From the NCBI GenBank assembly GCA_965238225.1, contig OZ250183.1, forward strand, positions 384,001 to 448,000: DNA of 64,000 bases, written 5' to 3'. The first letter of the stretch is position 1, and every line of letters begins with the position of its first letter. Both the position numbers and the translations under genes were made by a program. The notes below the pieces were generated by a model. That model saw nothing but the letters and a program-made list of their open reading frames with translations, searched no databases and had not been told where the DNA came from. Origin of the DNA: Gammaproteobacteria bacterium (GTDB lineage: Bacteria; Pseudomonadota; Gammaproteobacteria; Eutrophobiales; Eutrophobiaceae). Of the stretch, positions 44,701-54,568 are shown piece by piece.

Positions 44701-44775
44701 TTATGGTTTAGGTTTATGGTTTATGGTTTATGGTTTATGGGTCATCCCTTGCACTGGGGTCATCCCTTGCACTGG
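44701..44775 (+). repeat. Heptamer tract (TTTATGG)x4 with two degenerate units, followed by an 18-bp tandem duplication GGGTCATCCCTTGCACTG
   Basis: TTATGG TTTAGG (TTTATGG)4 at 44701-44740; duplicate copies at 44739-44756 and 44757-44774. Confidence 0.9.
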
Positions 44776-44869
44776 AGTAGTTAAAGATCTGCCGCACATC
44801 TATATCACAACAGCGCCCACCAAAGCTTTTTAAAGCTTGATTTTAAAGATTTATGTAGAGATTTTTAAT

Positions 44870-47218
44870 ATGAAACAGATATTGACACAAAACCTAAAAC
44901 AAAGCCTCATGGTGATCATTCTTTTTATTTTGGCAGCCTGCGGCGGCGGCGGTGCTAATGTTAGCAGTGGCGGCAGCACTACCGCACCTACTGTCAGTAA
45001 TGTGCGTATAGGCATTAATGACTCTGGCGTTGATATAAATCATTCCGAATTCACAAATCGTATCCAGTCTGCCGGTGCAATCTTTACCGTTATGTCTACT
45101 TCTACTGACACATCCGCGCCCAGCACTACCAAGAATACCTTCTTGCCCATGAGTAGTTCTGCGAGTGATGCTGCATGCGCTACTCAATCGGGCAATCTCT
45201 GTCTTTTTGTTCGTGACACAGCATCACCCACAACATCACCGTATGCTGATGTAACCATTCCAACGGAATGCACTGGTACGGGAGCCGATGTTCAGGCGTG
45301 CGCCCGCGCAATGCTTCAGCTTGTTTCGGGTAATATTCCTGAGGATCCTAGTCCTGAAGAGGGTAATACTGTATTTGGTCGTGACGATACTGATGAGGAT
45401 TTGACCTTAACCATCTACAATAAAGATAATAGTGTGACCTACCACCTACCGACGGCGGATTTCATAGAACATGGTACCGCCGTCGCATCCATTGCGCTAA
45501 GAGACGCGCCTTCGGCAACTACTATTGTGCCTATCTTTGCGCAACTACTGACACCAGTATCATATAGTAATAATTTTTTGACAAGAGTGTCGAACGGAAC
45601 GGAACCCAACAGTGACTACAGCAACATCGATATTGTCAACCGATCCTATGGCACTCCGAGGGAACAAGATACTAAGAGTTTGTTTGTAGACCGGTATCAG
45701 CCGTTGCGGGATGCAGCCTCCGGTACTGTGCGGCGGGACTGGTGGAACGCCGAGGCGCAAATTAATGTCGCTTCTGCTAACAAAACCGTGGTAGTGTGGG
45801 CTGCTGGTAATTCAGCAGATCACGATGACAATTCAGGTACACCTGAGACCATAACCACTCACCCAAGTCACGAGGCTTCCTTGCCTCATTATTTTCCAGA
45901 GCTACGCGATCATTGGGTGGCGGTGGCGGCTGTTGGCGGTGACAACAACAACCCTAGCACCATTGCCAACTACTCCAATCACTGCGGTGCGAGAGCTGCC
46001 AGCGGAGCTGCTTGGGATGAAGCCGCACACGGACGTCACTATTGTCTTGCAGCTGTGGGCGCAGGCGCAGGCGCAGCCACAGTCAACGGTGGGTCTAACT
46101 ATGCTGAGGTCGGCACATCTTTTGCCGCACCCCGTGTTACAGGCGCCATTGCTGCTGTGATGCGTGGTGCTCGTGGTCAAATGAGTGCAGTCGGCGCACT
46201 GAGTCGAATAAAGGCTACGGCTAACAATACTGGGGACTATGCCACCACTGCCATCTATGGTGCTGGGTTATTGGATTTGACTGCCGCTTTGCGCGCTGTT
46301 GGAACTACCACCTTAAGTGCTCCTAATGGTCTGAGCTCCTCTGTTCAAAATGCGGTATTACGCCCCCGCCCCGCCTATGGCGCAGCGGCTGCAAAGGGCT
46401 TAAGTGGGCTTGAGATCACCGCTTTCGATGAACTGAACTACCCGTTTTGGTATTCGGCATCAACGATGGTTGATACTACGGTTGCAGCCCCTGTCCCGCT
46501 TTGGCAACGCATGGGTGATGCCCATACTATAATTGAAGAAGCAGGTCTCAAAAATACCTTGCGCTGGCATACCATTACTGATGCTAAGTATGGTACTTTG
46601 CGGTTGGCATTAGCTGACAATACCCTAGGCTTTTCCGCTGCACCTTTTGATAGCCATAAAGGCGCACTTGCCGCTTTGCGACTCGGTTTATTGGTCGAAA
46701 ATGATGTGCAGCACAACAGACTCCGATCAAGTGGTGCTTTTGATTCTAGGATGCATTCAGGGCTGGTCTTCGCAGGCTTTCAGCACACCTTTGGCAATGA
46801 GACACAACAGCCGTGGAGATTACAAAGTCAAGTCATGTTTGCGGCTGGCAAGACTGACCACGAAGAAGGTGCGTTATTTGAGACCTCGGGTTCACTCTAT
46901 TCGTCTGCGTCACTGGCACTGCAATACGCAAAAGACGATAGTCGTACTCGTTTTCATATTGAGCAACCCTTACGTGCGGAAACAGGTTACGGAACATTGC
47001 ATTATGCTTATGCGCGTACCCTTGATGGCACACACTTGTACCGCAAACATCAGTTTTCTTTGGTGCCTGTTGCACGCGCTATTCATTTAGGCGTGCGCCA
47101 TGACAGGAAGGTAGCCCATGGTCAGTTTGCAGTTGAGTTATTACACATTCTCAATCACGGTCATGTGAGCGGTGCGTCGTACTCACAGGTTAATCTGGCT
47201 TGGCAGCTAGCTTGGTAG
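44870..47218 (+). CDS. Lipoprotein S8 (subtilase) serine peptidase with a probable C-terminal beta-barrel (autotransporter-like)
   Basis: Lipobox LAAC-GGGG; catalytic motifs IND-SG, HGTAVAS, AAGN, GTSFAAP; YGAGLLDL; amphipathic C-terminus ending in W; visibly higher GC than the flanks. Confidence 0.85.
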   Translation: MKQILTQNLKQSLMVIILFILAACGGGGANVSSGGSTTAPTVSNVRIGINDSGVDINHSEFTNRIQSAGAIFTVMSTSTDTSAPSTTKNTFLPMSSSASDAACATQSGNLCLFVRDTASPTTSPYADVTIPTECTGTGADVQACARAMLQLVSGNIPEDPSPEEGNTVFGRDDTDEDLTLTIYNKDNSVTYHLPTADFIEHGTAVASIALRDAPSATTIVPIFAQLLTPVSYSNNFLTRVSNGTEPNSDYSNIDIVNRSYGTPREQDTKSLFVDRYQPLRDAASGTVRRDWWNAEAQINVASANKTVVVWAAGNSADHDDNSGTPETITTHPSHEASLPHYFPELRDHWVAVAAVGGDNNNPSTIANYSNHCGARAASGAAWDEAAHGRHYCLAAVGAGAGAATVNGGSNYAEVGTSFAAPRVTGAIAAVMRGARGQMSAVGALSRIKATANNTGDYATTAIYGAGLLDLTAALRAVGTTTLSAPNGLSSSVQNAVLRPRPAYGAAAAKGLSGLEITAFDELNYPFWYSASTMVDTTVAAPVPLWQRMGDAHTIIEEAGLKNTLRWHTITDAKYGTLRLALADNTLGFSAAPFDSHKGALAALRLGLLVENDVQHNRLRSSGAFDSRMHSGLVFAGFQHTFGNETQQPWRLQSQVMFAAGKTDHEEGALFETSGSLYSSASLALQYAKDDSRTRFHIEQPLRAETGYGTLHYAYARTLDGTHLYRKHQFSLVPVARAIHLGVRHDRKVAHGQFAVELLHILNHGHVSGASYSQVNLAWQLAW

Positions 47219-47513
47219 TATCTCTAACACCCTTAAAAACCCAAACCCATTAAGTCTAATCCGAGTTTAGGAGCTTATCACTCTAATCGCTTTATTTTTT
47301 TAAAAGCACATCATTACTATTTTAATCAATGACGCTATCTGCATAGGCAGTGCCAAGAATTACAAACCTAGCCGAAAACATACGCATTTTTTAATTCTTA
47401 AAAGATGAAGACAGAATTTGGCTCGAGATTTAATCTCATTTGGAACTTGAAAGAGAAAATACACCATGAATGTTCTCTTGCAACTTTTACGTATCTACCT
47501 GAGACTAGTGTTC

Positions 47514-47937
47514 GGGAGTCGGCCGGGTGATCGCTCTTTGGCTTTACAGACTTGGTCTGTAGGTCTCAAGGAGAGGAAAGTCCGGGCTCCGCAGGATAGG
47601 GTGCCAGATAACCTCTGGGAGGCGTGAGCCTACGGAAAGTGCCACAGAAAATATACCGCCATTTGTTTTTTTGAATCAAAAGGTAAGGGTGAAATGGTGT
47701 GGTAAGAGCACACCGCGCTGGTAGTAATATCAGTGGCAGGGTAAACCCCACTCGGAGCAAGACCAAATAGAGAGACCCGCTGCATTACTCAGAAAGATTT
47801 GAGCCTTTGTAGCAAGACGTGATCCGCGTTGTCCTTAGGGTAGGTCGCTTGAGATACACGGTGACGTGCATCCTAGATGAATGATTGCCTCTATCAGCTT
47901 GCTGACAGAACAGAACCCGGCTTATAGGCCGGCTCCC
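47514..47937 (+). ncRNA. rnpB: RNase P RNA (bacterial type A)
   Basis: GAGGAAAGTCCGGGCTC, GAAAGTGCCACAGAAA, GGTAAACCCC, CAGAACCCGGCTTA; P1 ends GGGAGTCGGCC/GGCCGGCTCCC; located between rsmI and mraZ. Confidence 0.97.
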
Positions 47938-48128
47938 TCAATTGTTTTGTGCAAATCCTTAAGAAACCCATGTTAATACTTAGAGTAAATTATTAACTAT
48001 AGATTACAAGTTAATGATATAAAAAAGTTTAATCATAAGCAGTATAAATTTCTGTAATAAATTTTAGCTTTTCTACGCTAAGTATTTGTTACAAAGCACA
48101 TTTTCCTGAATAAATTCACAAAGTTTGC

Positions 48129-48189
48129 TTGCATCAGGTGGCGCAACTACTTATAGTTCATAAGGTGGGTAATTATGGGTAATTGTGGG
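48129..48189 (+). promoter_or_regulatory. dcw (Pmra) promoter with three MraZ-binding boxes
   Basis: TTGCAT-N17-TATAGT (48129-48157), then GTGGG/ATGGG/GTGGG at 48165, 48175 and 48185 (10-nt period). Confidence 0.8.
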
Positions 48190-48215
48190 TAAAATAAACA
48201 TTTAGAGAGGCTTCC

Positions 48216-48674
48216 TTGTTTAGAGGTTTTAGCACACTCAATCTTGACAGTAAGGGTCGATTAGCGGTGCCTAGTCGTTATCGCGAACGCCTGTCCTCTG
48301 AAACGGGAGGCTGTTTGGTGTTAACCCTGAATCCAATGGACAGATCGCTTTGGTTATATCCCTTGATTGAGTGGGAATTTATTGAAACCAAACTTGCCGA
48401 GTTATCAGATTTTGATAAACAGGGTCGCAGAACTAAACAGATGATGCGTGGTTATGCCGCTGATTGTCAATTAGACGCACAGGGCAGAATTTTAATCCCT
48501 CAAGAATTACGCGACTATGCCGAGCTTAAAAAACAGATTGTCATGCTTGGCCAAGGAAATAAATTTGAGATTTGGGGAGAAGCTGCGTGGAAAACGCAAC
48601 GTGATGAATGGCTGGAGCAGATTGGAGATGAGTCAGGCGAGCCTTCTGATGTACTTAGATCTTTGTCATTATGA
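48216..48674 (+). CDS. mraZ: Transcriptional regulator MraZ
   Basis: LDSKGRLAVP, LDAQGRILIP, GQGNKFEIW. Confidence 0.97.
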   Translation: MFRGFSTLNLDSKGRLAVPSRYRERLSSETGGCLVLTLNPMDRSLWLYPLIEWEFIETKLAELSDFDKQGRRTKQMMRGYAADCQLDAQGRILIPQELRDYAELKKQIVMLGQGNKFEIWGEAAWKTQRDEWLEQIGDESGEPSDVLRSLSL

Positions 48675-48761
48675 TCTCTGCTTACGTTTTTCCTAGATGA
48701 ATAAAGCAGGAAATGGTCGACACAGTTCCGCAAGAGTTAGATACACGAATGGTGAGACAAG

Positions 48762-49694
48762 TTGAAGTTCAAACATATACCAGTACTGCTGAATGAAACA
48801 TTACAAGGGCTTAAGATACGTTCTGATGGTATGTACATTGATTGTACATTTGGTCGAGGAGGACATAGTCGTGCCATCCTTAATAAACTTGGGGAACATG
48901 GCAAGCTACTTGCGTTCGATAGAGATCCTGATGCTGTTGCTGCAGTCGATCAGCAATTACTGGACGATCCACGTTTTACACTTATACACGGTTCCTACAC
49001 GAAGCTTGCGGATACTGTGAAAGCAATAAAGCGTACAAACAAGGTTAGCGGTGTGTTTCTAGATCTGGGCGTTTCTTCACCACAACTGGATGATGCATCA
49101 CGGGGTTTTAGTTTTTTGCATGATGGTAACCTGGATATGCGCATGGACAATAGCCATGGCATGACTGCGGCACAGTGGTTGAATAAAGCCTCTACAGAAG
49201 AAATTGCAAACGTGCTTTATAAATATGGAGACGAACGATTTTCTCGGCGTATTGCTAGAGTTATTGTTGAAGAAAGATATATAGCGCCTATCACTCGAAC
49301 AATGCAATTAGCTGATTTAGTTGCATCAGCAATTCCACGTAAGGAAAAAAATAAACATCCAGCGACCAGAACGTTTCAAGCGATTCGTATCTTAATTAAC
49401 CAGGAATTAGAAGAGCTGGGTGCTGTATTGATGCAAGCATTGAATGTACTTTCAGTTAATGGAAGATTATTGGTAATAAGTTTTCACTCACTTGAGGATA
49501 GATTGGTCAAAAGGTTTATGCGTGATCAATCTCGCGGTGTTGATATACCAAGAGAAGTTCCTGTAACACAGGATGTTTTTAAATCAAGACTTACCGTTAT
49601 TGGAAAACCTGTGCGTTCTACGCCAGATGAAAGAAAAAACAATCCAAGATCATGTAGTGCCGTATTGCGTATCGCAGAGTGTCCTGCACTATGA
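48762..49694 (+). CDS. rsmH: 16S rRNA (cytosine1402-N4)-methyltransferase
   Basis: HIPVLL, DCTFGRGGHS, DLGVSSPQLD, SFHSLEDRLVK. Confidence 0.97.
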   Translation: MKFKHIPVLLNETLQGLKIRSDGMYIDCTFGRGGHSRAILNKLGEHGKLLAFDRDPDAVAAVDQQLLDDPRFTLIHGSYTKLADTVKAIKRTNKVSGVFLDLGVSSPQLDDASRGFSFLHDGNLDMRMDNSHGMTAAQWLNKASTEEIANVLYKYGDERFSRRIARVIVEERYIAPITRTMQLADLVASAIPRKEKNKHPATRTFQAIRILINQELEELGAVLMQALNVLSVNGRLLVISFHSLEDRLVKRFMRDQSRGVDIPREVPVTQDVFKSRLTVIGKPVRSTPDERKNNPRSCSAVLRIAECPAL

Positions 49695-49954
49695 AAAATA
49701 TTCTCTTGATTATTCTAGGGATAGCAGTATTTTTTTCGGCAATTAGGGTTGTCATTGCCCGGCATGAGGCTCGTAAATTGTTTGTAGAGATTCAAGTAAT
49801 GGAAAAATATCGGGATGATTTACATGAAGAGCGAGGGCGTTTGTTGTTGGAACAGAGCACTTGGGCAACTGATGCGCGAATTGAGTCTATGGCTAAAACC
49901 GAGCTGCATATGGTGGAACCTGAACCCCGTTCTGTCATGCTGATCTCAAAATGA
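49691..49954 (+). CDS. ftsL: Cell division protein FtsL
   Basis: TM plus coiled coil (H.ARKLF, LLLEQSTW, RIE..A...L.M) between rsmH and ftsI. Confidence 0.92.
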   Translation: MKNILLIILGIAVFFSAIRVVIARHEARKLFVEIQVMEKYRDDLHEERGRLLLEQSTWATDARIESMAKTELHMVEPEPRSVMLISK

Positions 49955-49982
49955 GTGATTTCGAAAAGAGATTGAATCTAAT

Positions 49983-51695
49983 ATGAGAAAGTCGGCAAAG
50001 ATAATCAAGACCTCAGTGCGGCATTGGTTTTTGCTTAGTATTTATATGATTTTTATGGTCGGATTGCTTTGCCGCGTCGTTTATCTACAGGTGTTAGATA
50101 AAGAGTTTTTGCAGAGTCATGGAGATGCAAGGGCGTTGCGTGTGGTAGAGATACCTGCCCACAGAGGCATGATAACGGATCGTAATGGCGAGCCGCTCGC
50201 AATTAGTACGCCAGTAAATTCGATCTGGGCTGTTCCTCGGAAAGTGATGGCAGCCAAGCCAAGGCTGGACAAACTTGCCAAATACCTGCAAATGGATGAG
50301 AAAGAATTAACCAGTTTGCTGAATGATCGCATTGGCAGGCAGTTTGTTTACCTGAAAAGACATGTTGTTCCTGCGCTTGCCGAGCAGGTTATGTTATTGG
50401 ACATTCCCAGTATCTCATTGCAGAAAGAATATCATCGGTACTATCCTGCAGGCGAGGTTACTTCTCATGTAATTGGTTTTACCAATATAGATGATTCCGG
50501 TCAGGAAGGTGTAGAGTTAGCTTATGATGCTTGGCTTAAAGGCTCACCAGGCAGCAAGCGAGTTTTGAAGGATAGGATCGGTCGCATTGTTGAAGATATA
50601 GAAAGTATTGCTACGCCAGATCCCGGTAATCAATTAGTCCTTGCAATTGACAGACGTATTCAATATCTGGCTTACCGAGAATTAAAAAGCGCAGTTAATT
50701 ACCACAAGGCGCGAGCAGGCACATTGATTATGCTTGATGTGAAGACAGGTGAAATCATCGCCATGGTCGGTCAGCCTTCTTACAACCCGAATAACAGAAC
50801 TGGTTTGAAGAGCGGATATTATCGTAATAGAGCCTTAACGGATGTCTTTGAACCAGGTTCAACATTAAAACCATTTACCATTGCCATGGCTTTGGAAAGC
50901 GGCTTATACGACCTGAAATCAACCGTTGATACACGTCCTGGATTTTTTAAGGTGGGCAATCATACTATTTTAGATCACAGAGATTATGGTGTGATTGATC
51001 TGGCCACTATCATAAAAAAATCCAGTAATATTGGAGCCAGTAAGCTCGCATTATCTCTTGATCCACATGATCTTTGGTCGACTCTGGCAAAGCTTGGTTT
51101 TGGTCAGACAACTGGGAGTGGTTTCCCGGGAGAGGCTTCTGGTTATTTAAACCCATATAACAATTGGTCTGAAGTTGAACAAGCAACTATGTCTTTTGGC
51201 TATGGTATATCAACAACTGCCTTACAATTGGCTCAGGCTTATATGTCAATCGCCACAAACGGTATGATATTGCCAGTTTCATTTTTAAAAGTCTCAAAAC
51301 CAGTCAATGCAAGCCGTGTGTTTTCTGCAGACGTTGCTCGTCAGGTCAGGCACATGTTGGAAACAGTGATACAAAAAGAGGGTACTGGGCATAAGGCTTT
51401 TATTGAAGGCTATCGTGTTGCTGGGAAAACAGGGACAGTCCATAAAGCTGTAGTTGGCGGTTATTCAGAAGATCGCTATTTATCACTGTTTGCTGGCATG
51501 GCGCCTGCCAGTAATCCGAGTTTGATTGCTGTGGTGATGATAGATGAGCCCAAAGGCGATCAACACTATGGGGGTCTGGTGGCAGCGCCAGTATTTTCAA
51601 ATGTGATGGCAGGGGCTTTGCGTTTGCTTGATATTCCACCAGATGATTTTCCTGCATTGAATGGGCAGGTAATTGCAGCGGGAAGGGTCAACTGA
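49983..51695 (+). CDS. ftsI: Penicillin-binding protein 3
   Basis: RGMITDRNG, EPGSTLKPF (SxxK), SSN, KTGT. Confidence 0.97.
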   Translation: MRKSAKIIKTSVRHWFLLSIYMIFMVGLLCRVVYLQVLDKEFLQSHGDARALRVVEIPAHRGMITDRNGEPLAISTPVNSIWAVPRKVMAAKPRLDKLAKYLQMDEKELTSLLNDRIGRQFVYLKRHVVPALAEQVMLLDIPSISLQKEYHRYYPAGEVTSHVIGFTNIDDSGQEGVELAYDAWLKGSPGSKRVLKDRIGRIVEDIESIATPDPGNQLVLAIDRRIQYLAYRELKSAVNYHKARAGTLIMLDVKTGEIIAMVGQPSYNPNNRTGLKSGYYRNRALTDVFEPGSTLKPFTIAMALESGLYDLKSTVDTRPGFFKVGNHTILDHRDYGVIDLATIIKKSSNIGASKLALSLDPHDLWSTLAKLGFGQTTGSGFPGEASGYLNPYNNWSEVEQATMSFGYGISTTALQLAQAYMSIATNGMILPVSFLKVSKPVNASRVFSADVARQVRHMLETVIQKEGTGHKAFIEGYRVAGKTGTVHKAVVGGYSEDRYLSLFAGMAPASNPSLIAVVMIDEPKGDQHYGGLVAAPVFSNVMAGALRLLDIPPDDFPALNGQVIAAGRVN

Positions 51696-53215
51696 TGATG
51701 TCAGTTGAAAATTTAACATTTTCTAAAACACTCAGTCATCTGTTGCAGGGTTTGGCAGATATTCCAAGTCAAGATGATGTCAAAGTAACAGGCATTACTT
51801 CAGACAGTCGCGTGGTAGATACAGGCGATCTATTTATTGCTTATAAAAATTCAAATATCATGAGTTATGTGAAATCTGCAATTGATTCTGGTGCATCTGC
51901 AGTTGTTATAGAGAGTGATAAGCTTCTGGATGTTCTCAAACATAGTGTGCCCCTTGTTGCGCTCCCTCAATTGTACGAGCAAGCAGGCTTAATTGCGGCA
52001 AGATTTTTTGAACATCCAAGCCGTGCTATGAATGTGATAGGCGTTACAGGTACGAATGGAAAAACCACTGTGAGTTATCTAATTGCGCAGGCATTGGATA
52101 TTAAAAATCCTGGCAAAAGTGGTTTGGTTGGTACTTTGGGTCATGGAGCATTTAACGATATTTGCAAGGGATCTAATACAACTCCGGAGCCAGTGACTCT
52201 GCAAAATATATTTGCAAATTTACGGCAAGGTGGAATTGATTCTGTTGCTATGGAGGTTTCTTCTCAGGGGCTTGCAGAATATCGTGTTGCAAGTGTCGAA
52301 TTTGATATTGTTATATTTACAAATTTAAGCCGTGACCATCTTGATTATCACCAAACAATAGAAAATTATGCGGCTGCAAAACGGCGCTTGTTTAATGAAT
52401 TTTCTGTAAAAAAAGCCGTTATTAATATTGATGATACATTTGGTTGCAAGTTGGTAGAAGAATTTCAGGGTAAGATGGAGCTTGTTGGGTTTTCATTAAA
52501 GCTTAATGATTACAATCGACTTCCTGTCGTGTCGGCCAATATTATTTCCAATAATGCATTAGGCATAATCTTGGAAGTGAATTCTCCATGGGGGGAGGAA
52601 ACATTTAACTCAAGCTTGATTGGCAAGTTTAATGTTGAAAATTTATTGGCATCATTGTCGGCACTTTGTTTGTCCGGTGTTTCATTCGCAGAGGCACTAT
52701 CAGCCTTGTCAAAATGCTCAGGTGCTCCGGGAAGAATGGAATCTTTTAGACAAGAAGGAATGCCTTTAGTCATTGTTGATTATGCGCATACTCCCGATGC
52801 TTTAGATCGGGTGCTCACGGACTTGCGTGCTCAATCTTCAGGAAAACTCGTGTGTGTTTTTGGTTGTGGCGGGAACAGAGATCAAGGTAAACGCATAGAA
52901 ATGGGGAGCATTTCTGAAGCAGTCGCAGATCATATATTTCTGACCAATGACAATCCTAGAAGCGAATCCGCAGATGTAATCATTGAAGATATTGCGAGCG
53001 GCATAAAAGATCCTACTTGTGTCACAAAAGATATGGATAGACGAAATGCCATTATGACAGCGATTTATTCTGCATCAAAAAATGATATTGTATTAATTGC
53101 TGGAAAAGGCCATGAAGATTATCAGGAAATTTCCGGTACACGAATTCCTTTTAGTGATCGTGCAGTCGTGCAAGAAATATTGAATCAGAAAACAACGGTA
53201 ATGCCGAATGATTAG
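51695..53215 (+). CDS. murE: UDP-MurNAc-tripeptide synthetase (meso-DAP-adding)
   Basis: GVTGTNGKTT, DHLDYH, DYAHTPDAL, DNPR, AGKGHE. Confidence 0.97.
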   Translation: MMSVENLTFSKTLSHLLQGLADIPSQDDVKVTGITSDSRVVDTGDLFIAYKNSNIMSYVKSAIDSGASAVVIESDKLLDVLKHSVPLVALPQLYEQAGLIAARFFEHPSRAMNVIGVTGTNGKTTVSYLIAQALDIKNPGKSGLVGTLGHGAFNDICKGSNTTPEPVTLQNIFANLRQGGIDSVAMEVSSQGLAEYRVASVEFDIVIFTNLSRDHLDYHQTIENYAAAKRRLFNEFSVKKAVINIDDTFGCKLVEEFQGKMELVGFSLKLNDYNRLPVVSANIISNNALGIILEVNSPWGEETFNSSLIGKFNVENLLASLSALCLSGVSFAEALSALSKCSGAPGRMESFRQEGMPLVIVDYAHTPDALDRVLTDLRAQSSGKLVCVFGCGGNRDQGKRIEMGSISEAVADHIFLTNDNPRSESADVIIEDIASGIKDPTCVTKDMDRRNAIMTAIYSASKNDIVLIAGKGHEDYQEISGTRIPFSDRAVVQEILNQKTTVMPND

Positions 53216-54566
53216 TATGCAAATATCAAAAGCAGCCGAAATTTTACAAGCAAAATATCACGGAGAAGATGTTTATTTTACTGGGTGTAGTACGGACACA
53301 CGCACATTAAAAGGCAAGGAATTATTTATTGCCTTACGTGGTAAAAATTTTGATGGTCATGATTATATTGATAAAGCGCAAACATCTGGAGCCAGCGCTA
53401 TCCTTATTGAAGAAGAATATGACAGTCATGGTTCTTTTTCTGGGTCATCGATTGTTGTTAAGAATACACGACAGGCAATGGGGTTATTAGCTAAAAACTG
53501 GCGAGCAGGATTTCCCATACCATTGGTTGCAATCACAGGCAGTAACGGCAAGACAACAGTGAAAGAAATGCTGGTCGGTATATTACGTTGCAAGGCTTCT
53601 GTGTTGGCTACCCAAGGAAATCTTAATAATGATATTGGTGTGCCACAGACATTATTTGGTCTGCAGGAAGAACATCAATATGCAGTAATTGAGATGGGTG
53701 CTAACCATCCTGGTGAGATTGAATGGCTAGCTCACATCGCCCGACCAACTGTTGCCACGATCACTCAGTGTGCACCAGCGCATCTTCAGGGATTTGGCAG
53801 TATTGAGGGAGTTGCGCGCGCAAAGTCTGAAATTTTTGATGGATTGCAGGAGGATGGTGTTGCCATTATTAATGGCGATGATGATTTCGCTGAATTATGG
53901 CTGGAAAAGAGTAATCACTGCAATAAGCTTACGTTTGGATTAGATAGCAGCAATGAAGTGACCGTTAATATTATTCGTATTAAAGAACAGATGTCTTCTT
54001 TTCTGCTAATAACACCTGTGGGGGATATAGAGTTAACACTGGGCTTGCCCGGCAGACATAATATTGTGAATGCCATGGGAGCAACGGCATGTGCAATTAG
54101 TTTGGGAATTGATTTAGCTACTATCAAACAAGGTCTTGAATTTTTCAGCGCAATGAAAGGACGATTGCAAATTAAGCCTGGTTTGAAGCAATGTCGAATC
54201 ATTGATGATACCTATAATGCTAATCCAGCATCACTGGATGCCGCGTTGAAAGTTTTGAAAAGATTTCCTGGTAGGCATTGGTTGGTTATTGGTGATATGG
54301 GTGAGTTAGGGGATGATGCCGAAGCATTGCATGCGCACGCAGGTGAGGTTAGCAAGATATCAGGTGTAGAACACCTTTATGCGCTGGGTGAGTTGACCCG
54401 TATCAGTGCAGCATCTTTTGGCGAAGGCGCCCAACACGTAAATAGTCATGCACAGCTAATTAGCCTGTTAAGCGAAAAAATTACCTCGGATGTTACCATT
54501 TTGATCAAAGGATCGCGCGCAATGGGAATGGAATATTTGGTTAATGCATTGGAGGCGAATGAATAA
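53208..54566 (+). CDS. murF: UDP-MurNAc-tripeptide--D-Ala-D-Ala ligase
   Basis: [37 protein letters not shown]. Confidence 0.97.
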   Translation: MISMQISKAAEILQAKYHGEDVYFTGCSTDTRTLKGKELFIALRGKNFDGHDYIDKAQTSGASAILIEEEYDSHGSFSGSSIVVKNTRQAMGLLAKNWRAGFPIPLVAITGSNGKTTVKEMLVGILRCKASVLATQGNLNNDIGVPQTLFGLQEEHQYAVIEMGANHPGEIEWLAHIARPTVATITQCAPAHLQGFGSIEGVARAKSEIFDGLQEDGVAIINGDDDFAELWLEKSNHCNKLTFGLDSSNEVTVNIIRIKEQMSSFLLITPVGDIELTLGLPGRHNIVNAMGATACAISLGIDLATIKQGLEFFSAMKGRLQIKPGLKQCRIIDDTYNANPASLDAALKVLKRFPGRHWLVIGDMGELGDDAEALHAHAGEVSKISGVEHLYALGELTRISAASFGEGAQHVNSHAQLISLLSEKITSDVTILIKGSRAMGMEYLVNALEANE

Positions 54567-54568
54567 GC

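Noticed and set aside
44701-44775. CRISPR array
   Set aside because: The repeats are directly tandem without spacers, too short, and there are no cas genes.
46647-47090. 147-aa alternative-frame ORF inside the subtilase
   Set aside because: No recognisable motif; long shadow ORFs are expected in higher-GC DNA.
47250-47275. Possible IS terminal inverted repeat pairing with 44691-44711 around the subtilase
   Set aside because: Only about 13 of 20 positions match with a gap; no transposase or target duplication was seen.
47566-47766. 66-aa minus-strand ORF
   Set aside because: It is the antisense of rnpB.
48712-48780. Possible frameshifted ancestral rsmH start (MVRQVEVQ joined to HIPV)
   Set aside because: TTG 48762 with a GGTGAG SD already gives a normal-length protein; it cannot be resolved without orthologues.
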